A stretch of DNA of 64,000 nucleotides from a bacterium. Lineage in GTDB: Bacteria > UBA8248. This document shows, piece after piece, positions 22,724 through 30,623 of the stretch. The position numbers were made by a program, and so were the translations under genes. The notes below the pieces were generated by a model. That model did not search any database. It was not told where the DNA came from and was given only the letters and a program-made list of their open reading frames with translations. Position 1 is the first letter of the stretch. Each line of letters starts with the position of its first letter. Location of the stretch: contig CBDCRP010000003.1 of the NCBI GenBank assembly GCA_965221165.1, forward strand, positions 736,001-800,000, written 5' to 3'.

Positions 22724-22935
22724 TCGCTCTCGGATACAGATGAGCGATCGCGCTCAGCGATTGATGGAACATGCGCTTTTTTTTGAATCAACCGCCCAAG
22801 AGAAAATAGAATGACTGCAGAACCTAAAATGACGAGTTGGAGCGCATAGGCCGAAGGGTTCAAAATTCCGATGAGCAGCGCAATGCCGCAATCCACCATG
22901 GCAAGAATTTGAAGGGCTCGTCCCAAGCCATACAT
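22720..22935 (-). CDS. Small two-helix membrane protein (71 aa)
   Basis: Two hydrophobic stretches; TAATG overlap with the aminotransferase stop. Confidence 0.7.
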   Translation of the reverse strand: MYGLGRALQILAMVDCGIALLIGILNPSAYALQLVILGSAVILFSLGRLIQKKAHVPSIAERDRSSVSESE

Positions 22936-24131
22936 TAACCAAGTTGTCCCAAAGCCGCTCTGATTCGCTCAATCCCTTCTTTTACGTTTTCCAGGGTAGT
23001 CGCGTAGGAGAAACGCACGTAATCGTCGGCGCCGAATCCTGCTCCGGGCACGCCGGCGCATTGGGCGTGTTCGAGGAGATACAGCCCCACATCCATTGAA
23101 TTTTTTAATACTCCATTCGGCCCTTGACGCCCGAATACACCGCTCACCCGCGGAAAAGCGTAAAAGGCGCCCTTGGGGTTCACAACGCTTAAACCTTCTA
23201 TTCCGTTGAATCCCTCGACAATCGCCTTTCTTCTCGCGTCGTACTGCGCCAGCCATTCGTTAAGGAACTCATGCGATCCCCTGAGGGCTGCAATCCCCCC
23301 ATATTGAGCGAAGGAAGTGGCGTTGCTCGTGCTCTGGCCCTGCAGCGTGTCCATGGCAGAGATGATTTCAGGTCTTGCGAGCGTATACCCCATCCGCCAA
23401 CCCGTCATCGCATACGTTTTCGAAAAACCGTCCAAAACAAGCGTGCGCGCCTTCATCTCGGAAGAGAAGCAGGCGATCGACACATGCTCCTCACCGTCAT
23501 AGGTGATTTTCCCGTAAATCTCATCGGACATGACCATCGCGTCGGTGGATAAAACGACTTCGGCAATCGCTTCTAATTCCTCGCGGCTATACACGCAGCC
23601 AGAAGGGTTGCACGGGCTGTTGAGCACCACGACTTTCGTGCGCGCAGACACGACTTCGCGCAATTCCTCGGCCGTCATTTTATGGCCGTTTTCCTCACTC
23701 GTCTTAACCAGAACCGGTTTCGCCCCGGTCAGGGTGGCGACGGGCTCGTACGCCACCCAGATGGGCGCGGGGATAACGACCTCATCGCCACCTTCGACGA
23801 GGACGTGCAGGGCGTTGAAGACCGATTGCTTTCCGCCCACGGTGACGATCACTTCCGTTATCGGGTCATATCGAAGGCCCTTGTGTTCTTCGGCCCAATC
23901 GCTAATCGCCTCTCTCAAGGAGGGCACGCCCCGAACCGCCGTGTATTTCGTAGCGCCGTCACGGAGACCCTGGATGGCTCCTTCCTTGATGTGCTCGGGG
24001 GTATCGAAATCGGGCTCTCCTGCAGCGAACGAGATGACGTCGAAGCCTTGCGCCTTCATTTCCGCCGCTTTGGTATTCATCGCCAGGGTCGGAATGGGAG
24101 GCAGCTTGCTCATTCGGGATGCAAAACGCAT
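22935..24131 (-). CDS. aspC: Class I/II PLP aminotransferase (aspartate aminotransferase-like)
   Basis: AGEPDFDTP, NSPCNPSG, SDEIY, GFSKTYAMTGWRMGY; start moved to ATG 24131. Confidence 0.9.
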   Translation of the reverse strand: MRFASRMSKLPPIPTLAMNTKAAEMKAQGFDVISFAAGEPDFDTPEHIKEGAIQGLRDGATKYTAVRGVPSLREAISDWAEEHKGLRYDPITEVIVTVGGKQSVFNALHVLVEGGDEVVIPAPIWVAYEPVATLTGAKPVLVKTSEENGHKMTAEELREVVSARTKVVVLNSPCNPSGCVYSREELEAIAEVVLSTDAMVMSDEIYGKITYDGEEHVSIACFSSEMKARTLVLDGFSKTYAMTGWRMGYTLARPEIISAMDTLQGQSTSNATSFAQYGGIAALRGSHEFLNEWLAQYDARRKAIVEGFNGIEGLSVVNPKGAFYAFPRVSGVFGRQGPNGVLKNSMDVGLYLLEHAQCAGVPGAGFGADDYVRFSYATTLENVKEGIERIRAALGQLG

Positions 24132-24159
24132 GAAGAACTCCAGGGTTAGAAAATAAATG

Positions 24160-24645
24160 TTATTTGCGGAATCGTTCGCCAAGCGCCTCACGCACGGATA
24201 AAGACACGTGTTCGCTCACGTCTCCGCCGAGTGAAGCGACTTCCTTTACAAGACTGGAGCTGAGGAAGCTATATTGTTCACTAGGCATGAGAAAAATCGT
24301 TTCGATCTCCTCGTTCAACCTTCTGTTCATGAGCGTCATCTGCATTTCATAATCAAAATCGCTCACGGCGCGAAGACCGCGAATGATGGCTTGGGCATTT
24401 ACATTGAGGGCGAAATCCACGAGCAACTCACGCTCGAAGCTCGTGACTTCGAGTTGCTCCGAGCCCTCGAATTCTTCGAGGAAAAAATTTCTCCTCTCCT
24501 CGAAACTGAACAAAGGCTCTTTCGAGGGGTGAGCGGAAATAGCTACGGTGACCTTCGAGAAAAGTTTCTGGCTCCTGCGGACGACATCGAAATGCCCTTT
24601 TGTCGGCGGATCGAAGGTTCCCGGGTATACCGCGTGACTTTCCAT
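24160..24645 (-). CDS. coaD: Pantetheine-phosphate adenylyltransferase
   Basis: YPGTFDPPTKGH, RGLRAVSDFDYE, LSSSLVKE. Confidence 0.96.
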   Translation of the reverse strand: MESHAVYPGTFDPPTKGHFDVVRRSQKLFSKVTVAISAHPSKEPLFSFEERRNFFLEEFEGSEQLEVTSFERELLVDFALNVNAQAIIRGLRAVSDFDYEMQMTLMNRRLNEEIETIFLMPSEQYSFLSSSLVKEVASLGGDVSEHVSLSVREALGERFRK

Positions 24646-24899
24646 GAAAATAAACCTCATCAGGAGCGAAAGGTCTTCCCCTTTCAAGGGAAAGGGGCTT
24701 ATCCCCTGTGCGAAATCCGCGTTAAACCTAGTCTTTTTGGATATCTCGTGTCAACTTGACGGATGAAAACGCCGCGAGGAGAACCAAGCGGGGTTTGTCC
24801 CCCATTTCGCCCGCATTTATGGCAGGATCCCGAGCTCTATTCGGCATTTTCCCGTGTCGCCGGGAGCCGATTGGCACCCTGAATCGATGACGGAATACC

Positions 24900-25487
24900 C
24901 TATGGTTTCAAGACCTCTCGCACCATGTGGCTGATTTCGGGAAGAATGATTTTTTCCATTCCCGTGCGGCAGGCGTTCCCCGAGCCGGGAAGCGTCATGA
25001 TGATGGTGTCCCGGCAAGTCCCCGCCGTTGCCCGGGTCAACATGGCGGCCGTGCCGACATCCTCGAAACTCACGTGACGAAACAGCTCGCCGAAGCCGGG
25101 CATCTCCTTCTCCAGGATGGAAACGACGACATCGTATGTCGTATCCCGTTTGGTGATGCCCGTGCCCCCGTTCGATATCACCACCTGGATATCGGGATTT
25201 GCGCACGCCTCGAACAGGGACTCGCGAATTTGGACCGGTTCATCCTTCACGATGCGGTAAAAGGGCACTTTATGGCCCCTGTCGCTCAGCATGTTCATGA
25301 TCAATTTGCCGCTCGTGTCTGTTTCTTCCGTGCGCGTATCGCTTACGGTGAGCACGCCGCACGTTACGGCGTCCGGCCCCTCGGCGCGGTGCACTTCAAA
25401 AGTTTTCAGATCGGCCGCCTGCTCGACTTCCCAGCGGGATGGACCCTCACTCTGGCTCATTCTTATCTCCTGCTCTTCGGTTTTCAT
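24900..25487 (-). CDS. moaB: Molybdenum cofactor biosynthesis protein (MoaB/MogA)
   Basis: LTVSDTR, DTSG, GGTGITKRDTT, PGFGELFR, LPGS. Confidence 0.9.
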   Translation of the reverse strand: MKTEEQEIRMSQSEGPSRWEVEQAADLKTFEVHRAEGPDAVTCGVLTVSDTRTEETDTSGKLIMNMLSDRGHKVPFYRIVKDEPVQIRESLFEACANPDIQVVISNGGTGITKRDTTYDVVVSILEKEMPGFGELFRHVSFEDVGTAAMLTRATAGTCRDTIIMTLPGSGNACRTGMEKIILPEISHMVREVLKP

Positions 25488-25640
25488 CGATATCCGTTTT
25501 TATGCACTCGCGCCGGAGAATAAAAGAACCGGAGAATGAATTCTCCGGCTCTTTTGTTGGCTTACTCGGCAATTACGGAGAACGCCGACCGGGAGTCTGC
25601 GCCATCCCTCCGGCTGGGTCATCGCTCACAATTTCAAAGT

Positions 25641-25919
25641 TTATTTCTTTTTGAAGCCCTTGGCCATCATGCAAGAATCGAACTTGCTCTGCGCATACGT
25701 GGTTTCGGAACTGATCGCGGTAGGGCCGCCTTTGGCTTTCGAATCGAATATGAACTCCTCGCGATCCGAACAACCCTTCAGGTCTTTCACCGCCTGGTCC
25801 ATTTTCACGCCTACGCCGCGCTTCACCCAAACCTGATGTTTGGGCGGCGTACATCCCGCAACCACAAAAACCATTGCACCCGCTAGAACAATACCGGCCA
25901 TTTTTCGCATGAGTCGCAT
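25641..25919 (-). CDS. Small lipoprotein
   Basis: Basic N-terminus, hydrophobic core and VAGC lipobox; Cys pair (C...CMMAKGF); GGAG RBS. Confidence 0.75.
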   Translation of the reverse strand: MRLMRKMAGIVLAGAMVFVVAGCTPPKHQVWVKRGVGVKMDQAVKDLKGCSDREEFIFDSKAKGGPTAISSETTYAQSKFDSCMMAKGFKKK

Positions 25920-26211
25920 TCTCCCATAAAATCAACGCCTCGCTTATTTTCTGAAAACCACGAGGTCAAAACGCTCTCCAATCAAGGCGCTTCATAGCAA
26001 TCAAAATTTACCATTCTATTTCCCCATCGTCCAACACAAGATACACTAGCATCCCGTCCGGTCAAAATCGAGTCCTTCCGGCAGCAATTCGGATGCGCGG
26101 GATACGGCTGACTGCATTCAAAAATTCAATATATCTATTTTCCGTTTTACCCGTTGATTCATCCAGTTTTTCGCGTTTTTAAGAGCACGGGCCTGCGCGG
26201 CGAACGGCGCA

Positions 26212-26331
26212 CCCCCCTACCCCTCCCATAGGGGGAAAAATACGTATAACTCTTTATATATCAACAAGATAAATTTTCACTTATTTTCAGATATTTTCCC
26301 CTATTTTTCCCTTTTTTCCCCTGTTTTCACA
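26212..26331 (-). repeat. Right, inverted copy of the 12178-12278 repeat
   Basis: C-run, then TAACTCTTTATATATCAACAAGATAAATTTTCA, then six 10-bp-phased T-tracts. Confidence 0.85.
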
Positions 26332-26470
26332 AATTCCGCGCGCTCTCGACGCACCGGCTCGCCGCTAAAGCCTAACACGCCCGCACGCCCGCCCCATGAC
26401 GGCAAGTGCGGGCGCATGCGCGTCGGCACCTTGCCGGTCGTTTCCGGCCGAAGGGGGAGGGTGCGGTTTC

Positions 26471-26538
26471 GCAGGGGTCGTTCGTGAACGACCCGGCATT
26501 CGGTTCGTCGTTACGGGCCGTCCGCGAACCGCCCCTGC
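26471..26538. repeat. Degenerate REP doublet (REPIN-like)
   Basis: GCAGGGGTCGTTCGTGAACGACCC ... GGGCCGTCCGCGAACCGCCCCTGC, two hairpins in inverted orientation. Confidence 0.65.
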
Positions 26539-26632
26539 GGGTGGATGAGCGGCCGCCGCCGCGAATCCACAAAAGCGCGCCTCGCGCAAGGCGGACCCCA
26601 ATCCCGCCCGGATATGCTATAAACAAGAAAAA

Positions 26633-27478
26633 ATGCGACGCTCCGCACAGCCTGAAAAGGAGAAGAACAAGGTGAGGAAACCGGACTTGGCAGGGAGCTG
26701 GGCGCTCATCCTGGGAGCCAGCAGCGGCTTTGGAGAAGCGAATGCGCTCAAGCTCTCGAGCCTGGGGGTGAACATTTTCGGCGTTCACCTCGACAGAAAA
26801 GCCACGCTGCCGAACGTGGAGCGCATCCGTGAGGAAATTAAAAAAAACGGCGCCGAATCCCTCTATTTCAACGTGAACGCGGCGGGCCATGAAGAGCGCG
26901 CGAGCGTTCTGGATCAAATAGAGGAACACCTGGGCGGGAACGCGAAGGGCGCCGTGCGCATCCTGCTCCACAGTCTGGCTTTCGGCACGCTCAAGCCCTA
27001 CATCGCCGATGAGGAGAAAGACTCCATCTCCCCCAGGCAGCTCGAAATGACGCTGGACGTCATGGCGAACAGCCTGGTGTACTGGACCCAGGCGCTCGTG
27101 CGGAGCGGCCTCATGGGCTTCGGGGGCCGCATCTACGCCATGACGAGCGCGGGCGGCCACCGCATATGGAAAACATACGGCGCCGTATCGGCGGCCAAGG
27201 CCGCGCTCGAAAGCCACATCCGCCAACTCGCCGTCGAACTCGCGCCAAAGGGCATTACGGCGAACAGCATCCAGGCGGGCGTAACGGACACGCCGGCACT
27301 CCGCAAAATCCCCGGAAACGCCGAGATGATCCACAACACGAAAAAAATCAACCCGCACGGGGAACTGACGACGACGCAGAAAGTAGCCGACGCCATCGCG
27401 ACGCTGGCCGCCTCCGGCACACAGTGGATGACGGGCGATTTGATTCGGGTCGACGGAGGCGAGGACATCGCGGGTTGA
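26633..27478 (+). CDS. SDR, enoyl-ACP reductase (FabL/FabI-like)
   Basis: GASSGFG, YGAVSAAK (Yx6K), GVTDTPAL, VDGG; true start may be GTG 26672. Confidence 0.8.
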   Translation: MRRSAQPEKEKNKVRKPDLAGSWALILGASSGFGEANALKLSSLGVNIFGVHLDRKATLPNVERIREEIKKNGAESLYFNVNAAGHEERASVLDQIEEHLGGNAKGAVRILLHSLAFGTLKPYIADEEKDSISPRQLEMTLDVMANSLVYWTQALVRSGLMGFGGRIYAMTSAGGHRIWKTYGAVSAAKAALESHIRQLAVELAPKGITANSIQAGVTDTPALRKIPGNAEMIHNTKKINPHGELTTTQKVADAIATLAASGTQWMTGDLIRVDGGEDIAG

Positions 27479-27668
27479 AGCGCGTTTCCAAGGACCACGG
27501 ATCCATTCCCCGGGAGGAAACCCGCCCGGGCGCGAGATAGCCGGGAAACGCCTGGGCCGCGCGCTTCGGGAGAGGTTTTATATCCTCTCCCATATTCTCA
27601 TGCGCCCGGACGCCCATGCTTCCCACCGCGCTTCGAGATGAACGCCCCTCCTTTCCCTTAGGTATCAC

Positions 27669-28421
27669 ATGAGCGAGCCGGAAGTCGTTTTCGTCGTCTG
27701 CGTTCTCTTCTTGGGAGGATTCGCCAAGGGGTCGATCGGTTTCGGCACTCCGCTGGTGGCCGCGCCGCTTCTCGCGCTCTTTCTCGTCCCCCAAAACGTC
27801 GCCACCCTGCTTGCGTTCTCTCTCCTCGTCTCGAACGTCGTCGACGCCTACCGCCTCCGTTCGGAGTGGCGCGCCATCAGGGAAATTTCGCTCTATCTCC
27901 CGTTCGCCCTGGCATTCGTACCGGTCGGGGTGTGGTTTCTCAGATTCGGAGACCCCGATTCGATCCGCCTCATCATGGGCCTCATGGCGTATACATACCT
28001 GCTCGTGGAGCGCCGCCTCGGCTCCTTCAAGGAACTCGGCGCGGGGCTGCAAAAAATCGTGGCCGCCGTCATGGGCGCGACCCTCGGTTTCGTATACGGG
28101 ACGACGACCATCAGCGGCGTCATCAGCACGATTTACTTCAGCATGCTGAGACTGCCGAAAAACCCCTTCATCTTCTTGATGAACATCTTCAACGCGGCGG
28201 GCATGGCCGTCATGATCTTGAGCCTTTCACACCAGGGCATTTATACGAAGCCCCGCTTTATCGAAGGGCTGCTGGCGACCATCCCCGTGTGTATCGGATA
28301 TCTGGTGGGCATCCGGGTTCGCGAGCGCATCGACCAGGCGCTTTTCTTCAGGATCATCCGGATCGCCTTGTTCTTTATCGCCACGAGCCTGGTGGTCAAG
28401 TTCATCTTGGCGAAGATGTGA
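27669..28421 (+). CDS. TauE/SafE sulfite exporter family protein
   Basis: GFAKGSIGFG and about 8 hydrophobic helices. Confidence 0.85.
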   Translation: MSEPEVVFVVCVLFLGGFAKGSIGFGTPLVAAPLLALFLVPQNVATLLAFSLLVSNVVDAYRLRSEWRAIREISLYLPFALAFVPVGVWFLRFGDPDSIRLIMGLMAYTYLLVERRLGSFKELGAGLQKIVAAVMGATLGFVYGTTTISGVISTIYFSMLRLPKNPFIFLMNIFNAAGMAVMILSLSHQGIYTKPRFIEGLLATIPVCIGYLVGIRVRERIDQALFFRIIRIALFFIATSLVVKFILAKM

Positions 28422-28611
28422 GGGTTCAGGGGCTTTTGTGAGGAAGGGGAAGGTCGTCGGGAAGATAAGCAAAGGCGAGGCTCACTCTCCCCTTGAGGGT
28501 CAGCCTCGACTGAGGAAGGAGAGGCTGCGCTTCCCGAGGGGGAAGCCCGACGCAGAAGCCGAGCGTTTTGAGCGAAGGCTGATGCGGTGGGGGGTCAAAC
28601 CCGACCGATGA

Positions 28612-28972
28612 GGGGTTGTTGAAAAACCCCTTCTCGGTCGGAATTGACCGCCGTCATTCCGGTGTCAGTCCCGACTGAGGAAGGAGGGGCTGCGGAATCC
28701 ATTGCCGAGCGGAATGACAATACTCCGGCTTTTCATCTCCCCCTCATTGGCGGGAATCAATCAGAAAATAAAAAACAAAGGCAAAACACATGGATTCCGG
28801 CATGCGCCGGAATGACGAACAAAACCGCACCGCCTCGTAGGGACAGTCCCTCCTCGGGGCTGTCCCACAGGTCGCGACCTCGGACAGGCAAAGGGGCCTG
28901 TCCGCTACGGACCCCCCTCCCCGGTTGGTTCCATACGCCAAATCACTAAATCAGGACTTTTTCAACAACCCC
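28612..28972. mobile_element. MITE (non-autonomous IS derivative), 361 bp
   Basis: Perfect 15 bp TIRs GGGGTTGTTGAAAAA (28612-28626) and TTTTTCAACAACCCC (28958-28972); flanking direct repeat GATGA (28607-28611, 28973-28977); no transposase. Confidence 0.8.
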
Positions 28973-29258
28973 GATGAGGCAGAGTTTGCAACCTGGGAGG
29001 CGATGTCGTTATCGTAGGGGCGGACCTGTGTGTCCGCCCCTACCAGCAACTCTCGTTTGTAGACAGGTTTTCGTTCGTCATTTCATGCCCATGCCTTCCC
29101 CGTCTGTGCGGGCCGCATATATGCGTGACGGACATATATGTCCGACCTACAAAACCACCGCCGCCCAGGGTTTCGTCGTAGGTGGCTCTCCCTTCTTGGG
29201 AGCGCCACATACATGCGACCCGCCGTTTTTACGGGCGAGCACAGGGGCCAAGTCCCTA
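28837..29258. repeat. REP-like palindrome cluster 2
   Basis: GTAGGGACAG..., GTAGGGGCGGACCTGTGTGTCCGCCCCTAC (29014-29043), CGGACATATATGTCCGACCTAC, GTAGGTGGCTCTCCC...GGGAGCGCCAC. Confidence 0.8.
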
Positions 29259-29361
29259 CGGGGCTCCGTCAATTACCCCTCCCCACTCGGGTTTGACCCC
29301 CCGCTGGCGCCCGGCTTTGCTCTCGCGATAGAATCGGCCCGAAGCCGCCGGGAGGGAGATC

Positions 29362-30525
29362 ATGAGAACTTTATGGAAGAATGCAATACCGGGACCACGA
29401 TTCAGGAACTATACGGCGGCCCTGCCCTGGCTCCTCGTTTTCTTGCTCCTGGCGTTCTGCGCCGCGCCGGGATGGGCGGCGCAGCGGCGGACGGCGACAG
29501 GCCCGGTTTCGGTCGAGGCGGTGGCATCGGGCCTCGATACGCCCTGGGGGCTGGCGTTCCTTCCGGGCGGAGCGTTTCTGGTCACCGAGCGCGACGGCGC
29601 GCTGTTCCACTTCGATTTCGCGGGCCGGAAGACCAAAGTCTCGGGCGTCCCGGAAGTCTATGCGTGGGGGCAGGGCGGGCTGATGGACGTCGTCGCCGCG
29701 CGGGATTTTCCATTAACCCGCGAGATTTTCCTCACCTACTCGAAACGATACCGGCGCGGGGGAGGCACTGCGCTCGCCGTCGCCGCCCTTTCATCCGACA
29801 ACCTGAAGTTAGAGAACCTGCGCGTCATTTTCGAAATGGCGTCTCCCTCCAGAGGGGGCCGGCATTTCGGCTCGCGGGTCGTGGAGGCGCCGGACGGAAC
29901 CCTGTTCCTGACGCTCGGCGAGAGGGGAGACCGTGATGCGGCGCAGGACCTTTCTCTCCACCACGGCAAGATCGTTCGCATCCGGCGCGACGGGAGCACC
30001 CCCCCGGACAACCCGCTCGTCGGGCGGGCGGGGGCGCGGCCTGAAATCTGGTCCCGGGGTCACAGGAACCCCCAGGGCGCTGCGCTCGACGCGAGCGGCG
30101 CGCTCTGGGTCGTCGAGCACGGCGCGCGGGGCGGAGACGAGATCAACCGGGTCAGGAAGGGCCGGAACTACGGATGGCCGGTCATCTCCTACGGCCGCCA
30201 CTATTCGGGCGCAAAAATCGGCGTAGGCGTCGCAAAAGAGGGCATGGAACAGCCGGATTTCTACTGGGACCCCTCGGTTGCGCCCTCGGGAATGGCCATC
30301 TATTCGGGGCGGCTTTGGCCGGAGTGGCGCGGGCAGTTTTTTGTCGGTTCCCTGAAATTCGACCATATCTCCCGGCTCGACCCCGCCGGCGGTTTTAGGG
30401 AAGTGGAGCGCCTGGCCTTCCCCGAGACCGGCCGCGTCCGCGACGTTCGCGAAGCGCCCGACGGCGCGCTCTGGTTCCTGTCCGAGGAGAGAGGAGCGGT
30501 TTACAGGATCAGGCCTTCTCAATAG
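29362..30525 (+). CDS. PQQ-dependent soluble sugar dehydrogenase (YliI/Asd family)
   Basis: Signal peptide; PWGLAFLP, GQGGL, HFGSR, GHRNPQG, GGDEIN, NYGWP, APSG, RVRDV. Confidence 0.92.
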   Translation: MRTLWKNAIPGPRFRNYTAALPWLLVFLLLAFCAAPGWAAQRRTATGPVSVEAVASGLDTPWGLAFLPGGAFLVTERDGALFHFDFAGRKTKVSGVPEVYAWGQGGLMDVVAARDFPLTREIFLTYSKRYRRGGGTALAVAALSSDNLKLENLRVIFEMASPSRGGRHFGSRVVEAPDGTLFLTLGERGDRDAAQDLSLHHGKIVRIRRDGSTPPDNPLVGRAGARPEIWSRGHRNPQGAALDASGALWVVEHGARGGDEINRVRKGRNYGWPVISYGRHYSGAKIGVGVAKEGMEQPDFYWDPSVAPSGMAIYSGRLWPEWRGQFFVGSLKFDHISRLDPAGGFREVERLAFPETGRVRDVREAPDGALWFLSEERGAVYRIRPSQ

Positions 30526-30556
30526 CGGTCGCCCTCGCCCCGAGGTACGCACAAGA

Positions 30557-30592
30557 AAGAAACCCCGCCCGGGCGAACCCGGACGGGGTTTG
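30557..30592. terminator. Terminator between convergent genes
   Basis: AAACCCCG-CCGGG / CCCGG-CGGGGTTT stem with an A-rich flank. Confidence 0.75.
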
Positions 30593-30623
30593 ATGCTTTC
30601 AGGCGGGGTGCCGGGCTGTAAGG

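Noticed and set aside
12280-26200. Prophage, ICE or dif site explaining the AT-richer segment
   Set aside because: No integrase, phage or conjugation genes, and no XerD-arm-like TTATGTTAAAT sequence was spotted by eye.
28480-29300. CRISPR array
   Set aside because: Repeats are heterogeneous palindromes without a constant repeat-spacer period; no cas genes.
28644-29936. ORFs 28644-28949 and 28974-29936
   Set aside because: They are translations of repeat DNA (e.g. WIPACAGMT) or overlap the PQQ dehydrogenase out of frame.
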